From Gloeobacterales cyanobacterium (GTDB lineage Bacteria; Cyanobacteriota; Cyanobacteriia; Gloeobacterales; PMM-0068), in the NCBI GenBank assembly GCA_038245785.1, contig JBBRSB010000002.1, positions 160,001-224,000 on the forward strand: 64,000 nucleotides of DNA, given 5' to 3'. Made by a program: the position numbers and the translations under genes. Positions 30,662 to 40,121 of the stretch are shown in pieces. The notes under the pieces were generated by a model that did not search any database, was not told the DNA's origin, and saw only the letters and a list, made by a program, of their open reading frames with translations. The stretch's first letter is position 1. The number at the start of each line of letters is the position of its first letter.

Positions 30662-31939
30662 TTGGAACGTAGAACATTGCTAAAGTATGCTCTTGCAGCG
30701 GGTGCTGGGACCGTTGTTGGACCTCAGATCCTTATCCGAGGAAGTCAGCCTGCCTATGCGCAAGGGTCTACTATTCGGGTAGGTATTCTCCATTCTTTGA
30801 GTGGGACGATGGCAATCAGTGAAGTGTCCCTAAAAGATGTGGAACTGATGGCTATTGAAGAAATTAATAAAGCAGGAGGAGTGCTGGGCAAGAAGATTGA
30901 ACCTGTGATTGAAGATGGTGCCTCTGACTGGCCAAACTTTGCCGAAAAAGCAAAAAAACTGATTGAAAAAGATAAAGTGTCTACCGTTTTTGGTTGCTGG
31001 ACTTCAGCAAGTCGTAAAGCGGTATTGCCTGTATTTGAAAAGCTAGACCACCAACTTTGGTATCCCGTTCAGTACGAAGGACTGGAGTGTTCAAAGAATA
31101 TTTTCTACACCGGAGCTGCTCCTAACCAACAGATTGAACCTGCCGTCACTTGGCTCTTGAAAAACAAGGGCAAGAAAATGTATCTGCTCGGTTCAGACTA
31201 CGTTTTCCCTCGCACGGCCAATGCGATCATCAAGGCCCAACTTAAAAAAGAAGGAGGCACCCTAGTCGGAGAAGAATACACTCCTCTGGGAGCCACTGAG
31301 TACAACACGATCATTGCCAAAATCAAGAAAGCGAAGCCGGATAGTATTTTCAGCACCCTGAATGGAGACAGCAACGTCGCCTTCTATAAGCAGATGAAAG
31401 ACGCTGGCATCTCCGCTAAAGAGATTCCAGTTATGGCGGTGAGTGTAGCCGAAGATGAACTACGGGGAATTGGCGGTAAAACAGCAGAAGGCCACTATGC
31501 CGCGTGGAATTATTTCCAGAGTGTAGATACGCCTGCGAACAAGGAATTCGTCAAGAAGTTCAAAGCCAAGTATGGCAAAGACCGCGTAACCGATGACCCG
31601 ATTGAAGCAGCCTACATTGCCGTCTACCTCTGGAAACAAGCGGTGGAGAAGGCAAAAACAGTAGATATCGCTAAGGTGCGTAATGCTGCCTATGGCATGA
31701 CTTTTGACGCTCCAGAAGGCAAAGTGACCGTAGACACCAACAACCACATTTATAAGACCGTCCGGATTGGCGAGATCTTGCCGACGGGACAGTTCAAGGT
31801 AGTCTATGCAACACCGAAACCCGTTGAGCCTGAGCCTTGGACGCCCTTGATTCAGACTCCTTTTAGTGGCTGTGATTGGACGAAGGGAGGCAACATCAAG
31901 CGTGCTTCTCTAGACAGCCATCCACTTGCTTTGCGCTAA
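30662..31939 (+). CDS. urtA: Urea ABC transporter substrate-binding protein (Tat signal)
   Basis: RRTLLK Tat motif, [36 protein letters not shown] start with SD GAGGAG. Confidence 0.94.
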   Translation: MERRTLLKYALAAGAGTVVGPQILIRGSQPAYAQGSTIRVGILHSLSGTMAISEVSLKDVELMAIEEINKAGGVLGKKIEPVIEDGASDWPNFAEKAKKLIEKDKVSTVFGCWTSASRKAVLPVFEKLDHQLWYPVQYEGLECSKNIFYTGAAPNQQIEPAVTWLLKNKGKKMYLLGSDYVFPRTANAIIKAQLKKEGGTLVGEEYTPLGATEYNTIIAKIKKAKPDSIFSTLNGDSNVAFYKQMKDAGISAKEIPVMAVSVAEDELRGIGGKTAEGHYAAWNYFQSVDTPANKEFVKKFKAKYGKDRVTDDPIEAAYIAVYLWKQAVEKAKTVDIAKVRNAAYGMTFDAPEGKVTVDTNNHIYKTVRIGEILPTGQFKVVYATPKPVEPEPWTPLIQTPFSGCDWTKGGNIKRASLDSHPLALR

Positions 31940-31946
31940 AGTTCTC

Positions 31947-31972
31947 AGCCGCAGCTTTTTTAAGCTGCGGTT
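31947..31972 (+). terminator. Stem-loop after urtA (terminator or mRNA-stabilising hairpin)
   Basis: AGCCGCAGCTT-TTTT-AAGCTGCGGTT. Confidence 0.6.
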
Positions 31973-32060
31973 ACTAATTTGACAGTTTGAGATGGCAATT
32001 CTCACTACTCTTCTCTTCAGTTCAGTATTGCCAAACGGAGATTTCGATGGAGACTCAGCG

Positions 32061-32966
32061 ATGGCAGAATTAATCACACAGTTATTTAATGGCCTCAGCA
32101 CAGGTTCAATCCTGCTTTTAGCGGCTTTGGGTTTAGCAATCACCTTTGGTCTCATGGGCGTGATCAACATGGCTCATGGAGAGCTTTTGATGGTCGGAGC
32201 CTACACCACCTTCGTTTGCCAGAATCTTTTTGCTACTTATTTACCGACCTATCAAGATTGGTCTTTTGTGATTGCGCTCCCTTTGGCTTTCCTAGTCGCA
32301 GGGCTTGTCGGACTTTTTTTAGAAACTACGGTGGTCCGTTTCCTCTATGGACGTCCTCTGGAGACCTTGCTGGCTACCTGGGGCGTGAGTCTGATTCTGC
32401 AGCAGGCTTTCCGCAATATCTTTGGGGCGAATAATGTCGATGTCCAAAGCCCTTCCTGGCTAGAAGGGGGACTGCGCCTTGGAGAGGATTTGCAATTTCC
32501 CTACCGCCGTCTTTTCATTATTTTCTTGGCCGCTCTCTGCGTTGCTGGCACCTATTGGTTTCTGAACTACTCTTCCTGGGGCTTGAAAATTCGGGCCGTC
32601 ACCCAAAATCGTGAGATGAGTGCTTGCTTAGGCATTGCCACCCGTAAGGTGGATGCCTACACCTTTGCATTAGGTTCTGGCTTAGCAGGAGTTGCTGGCT
32701 ATGCGGTTAGCCTTTTAGGTTCGGTGGGACCTTCTTCTGGGTTGAACTATATCGTTGATGCCTTCATGGTCGTGATTACAGGCGGAGTAGGCAAAATCTT
32801 TGGTGCTGTAGTGGGTGGGTTCGCCCTTGGGGAACTCAAGACCTATCTGGAAGTGCTAACGAGTTCCAGTTTGTCTACGGCCCTAGTATTTTCTCTGATA
32901 ATTCTATTTCTACAGTTCCGGCCTTCTGGGCTCTTTCCCCAAAAGGGGAGAGGAGTGGATTCTTAA
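32061..32966 (+). CDS. urtB: Urea ABC transporter permease
   Basis: LFNGLS.GSILLLAALGLAITFGLMGVINMAHGE, RPLETLLATWG. Confidence 0.92.
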   Translation: MAELITQLFNGLSTGSILLLAALGLAITFGLMGVINMAHGELLMVGAYTTFVCQNLFATYLPTYQDWSFVIALPLAFLVAGLVGLFLETTVVRFLYGRPLETLLATWGVSLILQQAFRNIFGANNVDVQSPSWLEGGLRLGEDLQFPYRRLFIIFLAALCVAGTYWFLNYSSWGLKIRAVTQNREMSACLGIATRKVDAYTFALGSGLAGVAGYAVSLLGSVGPSSGLNYIVDAFMVVITGGVGKIFGAVVGGFALGELKTYLEVLTSSSLSTALVFSLIILFLQFRPSGLFPQKGRGVDS

Positions 32967-34091
32967 ATGACTGAAACTACCAATAAGACTGTAATTAATA
33001 CTAGTACCCCATCCAAAGAATGGATTATCTTTGGCGTTTTAGGAGTGCTCCTGGTCTTAGCAGCACCGTTCTTTCTCACAGGTTTTCAGCTCAATCTGTT
33101 GGGTAAGTTCCTGGCTTTTGCCATTCTCGCCTTAGGCATGGACCTTATCTGGGGTTATACCGGAATGTTGAGCCTGGGCCACGGGGTGTTCTTCGGCCTT
33201 GGGGCCTATGCGATGGCCATGCATCTCAAACTATCCGTCGGCGATGCAGGCAATTTTGGGACCAACTTGCCGGACTTCATGTTTTGGAACGGAATCACCG
33301 AATTGCCTTGGTTCTGGCAGCCCTTTAGTAACTTTGGCTTTACCGTACTGATGGTGCTTGTGATTCCTGGTTTGTTAGCTTTTCTCTTAGGTCTGTTGAC
33401 CTTTAGAAACCGGATTAAAGGAGTCTACTTTGCGCTGTTGACCCAGGCTTTAGCCATCGTTTTTGTGACGCTGTTTATTGGGCAACAAGGCTATACCGGA
33501 GGCACGAATGGCATCACTGATTTTCGGACCCTGCTTGGTTTTGATTTGAATGCAGAAAGCACTCAAAAAGGACTGTATGTCGTAACAACCCTTTGTCTTG
33601 GAGCCAGTTATGTACTCTGCCGTTGGATTACCAAGAGTGGTTTTGGCAAAGTACTGGCAGCGATTCGGGATGATGAAGTTCGAGTCCGCTTTGCTGGCTA
33701 TGACCCCTCGGCCTTCAAAGTGCTTGTTTTCACGCTTTCAGGTTGTTTAGCAGGCTTGGCAGGAGCTTTGTTCGTTCCCCAGGTCGGCATTGTTTCGCCC
33801 TCGATGATGGGCATTGTCCCCTCGATTGAGATTGTGATTTGGGTGGCCGTTGGTGGTCGTGGAACCTTAGCAGGGGCGGTCCTGGGTGCTGTGTTAGTCA
33901 ATGCCGCCAAGAGCTTTTTGAGTGAATCCTTCCCCGATTTTTGGCTCTATCTCCAAGGAGCTTTATTCTTAGGGGTTGTACTCTTTTTGCCCAACGGAAT
34001 AGTCGGTTTGTTTCAGCAATTTATGACCAAAAAAACAGCATTAGAACCATCGGAAGAACTGGTGGTTAGTGAAGAGGGGGTTGCCAAATGA
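32967..34091 (+). CDS. urtC: Urea ABC transporter permease
   Basis: DLIWGYTGMLSLGHG.FF, TGGTNG, AIRDDE.RVRF.GY, WVAVGGRG. Confidence 0.92.
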   Translation: MTETTNKTVINTSTPSKEWIIFGVLGVLLVLAAPFFLTGFQLNLLGKFLAFAILALGMDLIWGYTGMLSLGHGVFFGLGAYAMAMHLKLSVGDAGNFGTNLPDFMFWNGITELPWFWQPFSNFGFTVLMVLVIPGLLAFLLGLLTFRNRIKGVYFALLTQALAIVFVTLFIGQQGYTGGTNGITDFRTLLGFDLNAESTQKGLYVVTTLCLGASYVLCRWITKSGFGKVLAAIRDDEVRVRFAGYDPSAFKVLVFTLSGCLAGLAGALFVPQVGIVSPSMMGIVPSIEIVIWVAVGGRGTLAGAVLGAVLVNAAKSFLSESFPDFWLYLQGALFLGVVLFLPNGIVGLFQQFMTKKTALEPSEELVVSEEGVAK

Positions 34092-34846
34092 CAGCACTTT
34101 TAGAAATCAAAGATGTTACCGTCGATTTTGATGGCTTTAAAGCTCTTAATCAGCTCAATTTCTCCATGGCCCCCGGCGAACTGAGGGTTGTCATCGGCCC
34201 AAACGGAGCGGGAAAAACCACTTTTCTGGATGTAATAACGGGCAGAGTACAACCGACTACGGGCAAGGTTAATTTCAAGGGAAACAACCTCGCCAAGAAG
34301 TCTTCAGAACACCAGATTGTCAATTTAGGCATTGGGCGCAAGTTCCAGACACCACGGGTTTTTACGAACCTGACGGTCACAGAGAATTTAGGGCTTTCGC
34401 TCAAACGAGCAAAAGGAATTTTCAAAGTTCTCTTCAACCCCCTGTCTACGGACAACCTCACCCGTATCCAAAACATCCTGGAACGGGTGGGTTTAGCCAG
34501 CAAAGCTCAATCTCAGGCTGGTTTGCTCTCCCACGGCGAAAAGCAATCTCTGGAAATTGGCATGTTGATTGCCCAAGATCCAGACCTATTGCTTCTCGAC
34601 GAACCTGTAGCCGGGTTAACAGACCGCGAAACCGAAAAAACGGCTGAATTGCTCAAGGACTTAAATCAGGACCATTCGATTATCGTCATTGAGCACGATA
34701 TGGCCTTTGTGCGAGAAATTGCTTCTACGGTTTCGGTGCTGCATCAAGGATCTTTGCTCTGTGAGGGCTCGGTCCAAGAAGTGCAGAATGACCCCAAGGT
34801 TATCGAAGTCTATCTCGGTTATCCAGAGGGGGCCGTTCATGCTTGA
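34088..34846 (+). CDS. urtD: Urea ABC transporter ATPase
   Basis: GPNGAGKTT, GRKFQTP, LSHGEKQ.LEIGM, LDEPVAG. Confidence 0.93.
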   Translation: MTALLEIKDVTVDFDGFKALNQLNFSMAPGELRVVIGPNGAGKTTFLDVITGRVQPTTGKVNFKGNNLAKKSSEHQIVNLGIGRKFQTPRVFTNLTVTENLGLSLKRAKGIFKVLFNPLSTDNLTRIQNILERVGLASKAQSQAGLLSHGEKQSLEIGMLIAQDPDLLLLDEPVAGLTDRETEKTAELLKDLNQDHSIIVIEHDMAFVREIASTVSVLHQGSLLCEGSVQEVQNDPKVIEVYLGYPEGAVHA

Positions 34847-35543
34847 AGTAGAAAACCTGGATGTCTACTACGGGCAGAGTTATATCCTCAGGAACGTGGG
34901 CCTAGAAATTGCTCAGGGCTCTATGGTCAGTTTGATTGGCCGCAATGGGGTAGGCAAAACTACCCTGCTCAAAAGCATTATTGGTCTCTTGAAGCCTAAA
35001 AAAGGCCGGATTGCCCTTACAGGCAAAGACCTGACTCAAGCGCCTCCCGACGAACGCTCTAAAAGCGGTATCGCCTATGTTCCCCAAGGGCGGGAGATCT
35101 TCTCTGGGCTTTCGGTCTATGAAAATTTGCTTCTGGGCTTAGAAGCTGCCCCGAAAAAAAAGGGGGATGGCAATGCCCGCCTGGAAACGATTTATGGACT
35201 TTTCCCCGTACTCAAGACGATGGCTAAACGCCGGGGGGGAGACCTAAGTGGTGGTCAGCAACAACAACTAGCCATCGGTCGGGCCCTGATGTCCGAACCC
35301 AAGCTTCTGCTTCTGGATGAACCGACGGAAGGGATTCAGCCTTCCATCGTTCAGGAGATTGAAGAGACCCTGGGCCGGATTAACCGTGAGCAAGGACTGA
35401 CGATTTTGTTCGTAGAGCAAAATTTGGAATTTGTTCGTCGGCTAGCTCAGCAATTTCATGTCATGGAAAAAGGTCGTTTAGTTGCCAGTGGAGCTATCCA
35501 AGAACTCCAGCAAGACCTGGTAGCTCGCTATCTGACGGTATAA
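34839..35543 (+). CDS. urtE: Urea ABC transporter ATPase
   Basis: GRNGVGKTT, YVPQGREIF, LSGGQQQQLAI, LDEPTEGIQPSI. Confidence 0.93.
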   Translation: MLEVENLDVYYGQSYILRNVGLEIAQGSMVSLIGRNGVGKTTLLKSIIGLLKPKKGRIALTGKDLTQAPPDERSKSGIAYVPQGREIFSGLSVYENLLLGLEAAPKKKGDGNARLETIYGLFPVLKTMAKRRGGDLSGGQQQQLAIGRALMSEPKLLLLDEPTEGIQPSIVQEIEETLGRINREQGLTILFVEQNLEFVRRLAQQFHVMEKGRLVASGAIQELQQDLVARYLTV

Positions 35544-35697
35544 GACGCTCAAGAACGGTCGAGAAAGGCCTAAAACTGTCCTCCATGAACTACAGCGCCA
35601 TAAATCTGCCGTTAATGTACTGATTAGGCGTATTTAACCTAACGTTAAGGTCCGGAAATTCTGTGCCTTTTCTTTCTGTGAAGGAGTGTGTGATCTC

Positions 35698-37341
35698 ATG
35701 AAACTGTCCATAGCCCAAACCCTAACGGTCGCCACAGCGCTTTTGTTAGGAACTGTTACCCAAGCTCGCGCCGTGCCTGACACCTCTGTCTCTGGCATGT
35801 TGAATAATTCCTCCACGGCTCAAGTCAGTTCTGTTGCTGAACTAAGCGACGTGGACCCCAATAACTGGGCGTTCCAAGCGCTTAAATCGCTGGTGGAACG
35901 CTATGGCTGTATCGAAGGCTATCCAAGTAAGAAGTATCTCGGTAATCGCCCCTTGAGCCGCTATGAGTTCGCCGCAGGCTTAAACGCTTGCTTAGACAAA
36001 ATCGGTGAACAAATTGCAGCTGCTACCAGTAACTCAGCGACTAAAGACGATTTGGCAGCGATTCAGCGCTTACAAGAAGAATTTAAAACTGAGTTGGCGA
36101 CTTTGAGAGGCCGTACCGATGCTTTAGAAGCGAAGGTCAAAGAACTGGAAGCCCATCAGTTCTCTACTACGACTAAGTTAGATGGTTCTGCCGTCTTTAA
36201 CATCACAGGCGGTAGTGCTGGCGGCAGTAATGTTGTATCCAATCCCTTTAGCACAGCGGCTGGAACCATCACTCCAGGCAATTCTGCAAATACGACCTTT
36301 ACGGGACGGACTACCCTCAACTTCCGAACCTCTTTTACAGGCAAAGACCAACTGCGGATTCGATTCCGGGGCTTCACGGGAGAGGACATCTCAGGAACTT
36401 TAGGAGCTGGCACAGGGGTCGGTACCCTATTCACTTCTGGGTCTGGAAACCCGACGAATGGCCTTACGATCCCGGCCTTTGACAAGGTGTACTACACAAC
36501 GCCTATCTTCGCGGACAACGTGCGCATATGGGTAGGTCCCAATCTCCAGGGAATTGACATCATCGATGGCAACCGTTTTGCGGGTGGAGATGATGAAAAT
36601 ACTTTCTCTACGGTCATGCATAGCTATAGCCCCTTGCTTTCGGGTATTGTCCACAGTGGACCAGGAGGTGCTTTTGATTGGAAAATCGGCGACCAGTTTA
36701 GTTTCCGTGGACTTTACATAGCGCGCAACGGCGGCCAATCCTTCGGCTTTGGCAGTGGTGGCCTGACAGGGGGAACCACCAAGCTATCCGGTGAATTGGA
36801 GTTTAAACCTTCTCCTGATGCTGCGATTCGCTTGGAGTATGCCTTTATCAATGTTCAAGCCACCGATAGCGGTACGATCTTTGGCGGTGGTACCAATGCG
36901 GTTCTTGTCGGTACGAACCCCACATTCGCTTCTGTAGGCGCACCGGGTGCAGTTAATGCCCAAACAAACGTCTTTGGGGTGAACGCAGACTGGGCAATTA
37001 CGCCTTCCGTCGGGATCTTTGGACGATTTGCCACGGGAGAGACGAGAATCACAGGCACGGGCAATGTGACCAGCAACAGCTATCACGTTGGTTTCTCCTT
37101 CCCGGACCTGTTTGCCAAAGGGAATCTGGCTGGAGTAGCCTATGGTCAGCCGATTCGGATTACGGGCAGTCCTGTAGGAGCTGATTCTGGAACTGAGAAT
37201 GACTTGGAGCTGTTCTATCGTATTCAGATCAATCCCCGTCTCTCAATTACTCCAGACCTCCAGTTCTACTTCACGCCTGGAAGTGTCGCAGGCAACCCAA
37301 CGATTACCGTTGGAACCCTACGTGCTTCTTATCAGTTCTAG
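35698..37341 (+). CDS. Cyanobacterial outer-membrane porin (SLH + OprB-type barrel)
   Basis: QVSSVAELSDV.P..WAFQAL.SLVERYGCI.GYP, RYEFAAGLNACL, FSTTTKL.G, terminal Phe. SD AAGGAG before ATG 35698. Confidence 0.92.
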   Translation: MKLSIAQTLTVATALLLGTVTQARAVPDTSVSGMLNNSSTAQVSSVAELSDVDPNNWAFQALKSLVERYGCIEGYPSKKYLGNRPLSRYEFAAGLNACLDKIGEQIAAATSNSATKDDLAAIQRLQEEFKTELATLRGRTDALEAKVKELEAHQFSTTTKLDGSAVFNITGGSAGGSNVVSNPFSTAAGTITPGNSANTTFTGRTTLNFRTSFTGKDQLRIRFRGFTGEDISGTLGAGTGVGTLFTSGSGNPTNGLTIPAFDKVYYTTPIFADNVRIWVGPNLQGIDIIDGNRFAGGDDENTFSTVMHSYSPLLSGIVHSGPGGAFDWKIGDQFSFRGLYIARNGGQSFGFGSGGLTGGTTKLSGELEFKPSPDAAIRLEYAFINVQATDSGTIFGGGTNAVLVGTNPTFASVGAPGAVNAQTNVFGVNADWAITPSVGIFGRFATGETRITGTGNVTSNSYHVGFSFPDLFAKGNLAGVAYGQPIRITGSPVGADSGTENDLELFYRIQINPRLSITPDLQFYFTPGSVAGNPTITVGTLRASYQF

Positions 37342-37362
37342 GAGAGCTGAGATTCAGTCAGC

Positions 37363-37437
37363 GATCCCCCCAGGCTCACAAGAACTCTAATTCTTTAAGG
37401 GCTTTGCCCTCCTTATTAAGGGGGGTGCGGGGGGATC
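37363..37437. repeat. Palindromic repeat (CCCTCCTTATTAAGGGGGG; outer GATCCCCCC/GGGGGGATC) between convergent genes
   Basis: Same family as the 24830 and 28946 repeats. Confidence 0.7.
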
Positions 37438-37443
37438 TCGCCT

Positions 37444-37884
37444 TCAATTCTGACTGAAATCCCGAAGCATTTTCTTTAGCTCCATACCATGCAGTTCTTC
37501 CTGACCAATCATCGAACGGGCAAATTCTTCCAGATAGATGCTGGCATCGGTAACCACGGCAAGCAAACTTTTATACAGTCCTAAGGCAGCCGTTTCATGA
37601 TTGAGACTCTCTAGCAAAATGTCATAAATGGAGTGCTTATGGGTCTCTTCAATTGGCGCGATGCACAAACTTGGATGTCCTTCTAATCCAGTCAGGATTT
37701 CACCCACCTGTTGGGCATGGAGCAAGGACTCGCTGGCCTGAGCTTTCAAAAACTGGACAATCGGAATTCGATTCGGCCCTGTAACCATTAGAGAGTAATG
37801 CGTGTAACGCACCACCCCGGAAAGTTCTGCTTCCATAATTGCATTGAGCAAATGGTTCGTCTTTTCAACATCGAGTTCTTTCAT
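37444..37884 (-). CDS. Ferritin-like / bacterioferritin family protein
   Basis: E.ELSGVVRYTHY, ESLLHAQ, E..H ferroxidase-type motifs. Confidence 0.85.
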   Translation of the reverse strand: MKELDVEKTNHLLNAIMEAELSGVVRYTHYSLMVTGPNRIPIVQFLKAQASESLLHAQQVGEILTGLEGHPSLCIAPIEETHKHSIYDILLESLNHETAALGLYKSLLAVVTDASIYLEEFARSMIGQEELHGMELKKMLRDFSQN

Positions 37885-38125
37885 GAATACCTAAAGCCTG
37901 AAAAGTTTGAAATAACGGAGAGAAACAGGATACCGCTGAACTTACTCAATATCTAAGCTTCGTAGGAGAGATTGCCCTAAGTATTTTCCCGTATCAATAC
38001 CCCTGATAGTGCAAAATAGTACCCGCCCCGGCAGCAAACCCAGACCCGGAAAGCTAGCTGCCTGCAGAAAACGATCATTCATGGCAACGCTGAAGGCTCT
38101 TACAAGCTTACAAGAGTATGGCAGA

Positions 38126-38257
38126 ATTTGAGAATTAGTGTCAATAGTAGATTGCTCATTCTAGCTAGAACAGAGGAGAACTTGCTTGACAAATTTAGAA
38201 GTTGGTCTTTATACTCCCTAGTTATTGCAAGTAATTCTCATTAAGTGAGAATTATGC
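38126..38257 (+). promoter_or_regulatory. Sigma70 promoter flanked by Fur-box-like sites, upstream of the flavodoxin operon
   Basis: TTGACA (38186) - 18 nt - TATACT (38210). Fur-like TTGAGAATTAGTGTCAA (38128) and ATTGCAAGTAATTCTCATTAAGTGAGAATTA (38224). Confidence 0.7.
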
Positions 38258-38281
38258 ACTCCAGGATGAGGAAACCGAACC

Positions 38282-38401
38282 ATGTATTCATTTGGCAAGC
38301 TTTTGCCCCTACGCCTTAGTCTGGCCTCTGTGATTGTAGTCGGGGGCAATATGACTTGTACCGTAGTCTTCTTTCTGACGGCGTTTCGGTGGCTGCCATA
38401 G
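38282..38401 (+). CDS. Candidate 39-aa hydrophobic small protein
   Basis: MYSFGKLLPLRLSLASVIVVGGNMTCTVVFFLTAFRWLP*, with SD GAGGA upstream. First ORF after the promoter. Confidence 0.35.
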   Translation: MYSFGKLLPLRLSLASVIVVGGNMTCTVVFFLTAFRWLP

Positions 38402-38517
38402 ACAGCCGCGACCGGATCTATCAACAAACCGCTGGTTGTTGAGTATTACGCATGCCGAATCTAAATTTTGTCACCTATCTACTCAGTCTACTTTTTCAAG
38501 TTTTACAGGAGAACATC

Positions 38518-39024
38518 ATGTCCATCGGTCTTTTCTACGGAACCACAACAGGTAAAACTTCAGATGTCGCTGAGATAATCCGCGAGGAATTCGCCCCCAA
38601 CTTGGTCAAGCTTCATGATATTTCCTCATCGCAGGCCACCGATTTGAGTGGGTATCAGCACTTAATTATCGGTTGTCCGACCTGGAATATTGGCGAGTTG
38701 CAAAGTGATTGGGATGATTTTCTTCCAAAGCTAGACAGTATCGATTTCTCTGGAAAAAAGGTCGCCTACTTCGGCACAGGTGATCAGGTTGGTTATAGTG
38801 AAAACTTTCAGGATGCCATGGGCATTTTGGAAGAGAAAATTTCAGGCCGGGGGGGTGTTACTATCGGATTTTGGCCGACCCAAGGCTATGAGCACAGTGC
38901 TTCTAAAGCGGTAAAGAATGGCAAATTCATTGGGCTCGCTATCGATGAAGATAATCAACCGGAGCTAACGCAACAGCGCATTAAAGAATGGGTTGCACAA
39001 CTAAAAAAAGATTTTAGTCTTTAA
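38518..39024 (+). CDS. isiB: Long-chain flavodoxin
   Basis: IGLFYGTTTGKT, IGCPTWNIGELQSDW, YFGTGDQ.GY..NFQDAMG, GLAIDEDNQ. SD AGGAG. Confidence 0.93.
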   Translation: MSIGLFYGTTTGKTSDVAEIIREEFAPNLVKLHDISSSQATDLSGYQHLIIGCPTWNIGELQSDWDDFLPKLDSIDFSGKKVAYFGTGDQVGYSENFQDAMGILEEKISGRGGVTIGFWPTQGYEHSASKAVKNGKFIGLAIDEDNQPELTQQRIKEWVAQLKKDFSL

Positions 39025-39044
39025 GCTCATCGGAGAATAGCACT

Positions 39045-39368
39045 TTGTTACTAGCTAAAGACTTTAAACAATTCGAGACAGCCAACACCCAGATTATCAG
39101 TGGCTATGTCTGGAGTTATCTTTCCGAATTAGATGTGATGCCCCAAGTATTACCGTTAGTGCGTTGTCATGACCACTGGCTTGTTCACTTCGCCCGCCAT
39201 CCAGGACAAATGGAATATTGGCGCGGGTTAGGTTGGGCAAAAGCTGTCAAGATCCCTTTCTCTATTCGTAATGCCTGTCTCTCCGTTAAGCACGATTTCC
39301 CTGAGGCAGGTTTTTGGAAAGCTGAGGACATAGATCGAACACATCCAATCGGAGAAATACGCTTATGA
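39045..39368 (+). CDS. Hypothetical protein in the flavodoxin operon
   Basis: TTG start with SD GGAGA. Stop overlaps the next ATG (ATGA coupling). Confidence 0.65.
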   Translation: MLLAKDFKQFETANTQIISGYVWSYLSELDVMPQVLPLVRCHDHWLVHFARHPGQMEYWRGLGWAKAVKIPFSIRNACLSVKHDFPEAGFWKAEDIDRTHPIGEIRL

Positions 39369-40054
39369 ATCGCATTCCCACTAATGCTTGTACGTCTTGC
39401 GCTGGTTGTACAAATAGTAATAAATCAGCCTGTTCCCTTGCTCGCCAACCCACTCCTGGATATAGATTATTCGGACGTCGCAGCAAGATACCGATGGAAC
39501 CCGGCAGTCTATGGAAAATCGATACGGGTATTGTCCGTGCTTCGACTTGGAATGGAGATGGCACTGTGAATACGCTTGGCTTTTGGGGCCCAGGTGGACT
39601 GATCAGTTGTTCTTTGAAGGGAGGCGAGCCATTCTTTGTTGAGTGCTTGACTTCGGTTTCTGCAAAGTCGCTTCCCCCGGATTCCTGGCCCCACTGTACC
39701 AACGCACTTATGCTCCAGATGCAAGAGAATTGCGAATATGTAGAAGTTGTTGGGTGTCGTCGGGTGCCAATTTCTTTAGCAAGACTTTTTAAGTGGCTAG
39801 CTAAACGTTTTGGTTGCCTGACCGAGCAGGGATACTTGCTCGATATGCAACTAACCCATCAGGATCTAGCCGACGCGGTCGGGTCAACCCGCGTCACTGT
39901 CACACGGACGCTCAAGGATCTTGAACAACAGGGGATCTGTCGACGTATTGCCCGAGGCCGCTTTCTTGTTGCTCCTTCAACGCTCGACATCAGGCCCCAT
40001 ACTGCTCTGTCCCTGGGTACGCCGCGAACTGAATTATCTTCTCTTCTGGTTTAA
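39365..40054 (+). CDS. Crp/Fnr family transcriptional regulator with an N-terminal Cys cluster
   Basis: LTHQDLADAVGSTRVTVTRTL HTH; GIVRASTW..DG....LGFWGPG; N-terminal CTSCAGC.......C. Confidence 0.88.
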   Translation: MNRIPTNACTSCAGCTNSNKSACSLARQPTPGYRLFGRRSKIPMEPGSLWKIDTGIVRASTWNGDGTVNTLGFWGPGGLISCSLKGGEPFFVECLTSVSAKSLPPDSWPHCTNALMLQMQENCEYVEVVGCRRVPISLARLFKWLAKRFGCLTEQGYLLDMQLTHQDLADAVGSTRVTVTRTLKDLEQQGICRRIARGRFLVAPSTLDIRPHTALSLGTPRTELSSLLV

Positions 40055-40076
40055 CGGATTTCTTCTAGTGAGCAAC

Positions 40077-40106
40077 AAAAAAGGCGACCTTAAGGCCGCC
40101 TTTTTT
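40077..40106. terminator. Bidirectional intrinsic terminator
   Basis: AAAAAAGGCGACC-TTAA-GGCCGCCTTTTTT between convergent genes. Confidence 0.8.
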
Positions 40107-40121
40107 AGTCAACTTAGGCTT

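Noticed and set aside
35676..35697. Yfr1 sRNA target upstream of the porin (GTGAAGGAGTGTGTGA); ACTCCTCACGC near 11409-11419
   Set aside because: Neither matches the GTGTGAGGAGT / ACTCCTCACAC motif exactly, and no flanking Yfr1 hairpins were seen.
38030..38066. SRP RNA (ffs)-like motif CAGACCCGGAAAGCTAGCTGC
   Set aside because: Only loosely resembles the CAGGNCCGGAAGGNAGCAGC core, and no long enclosing helix was found.
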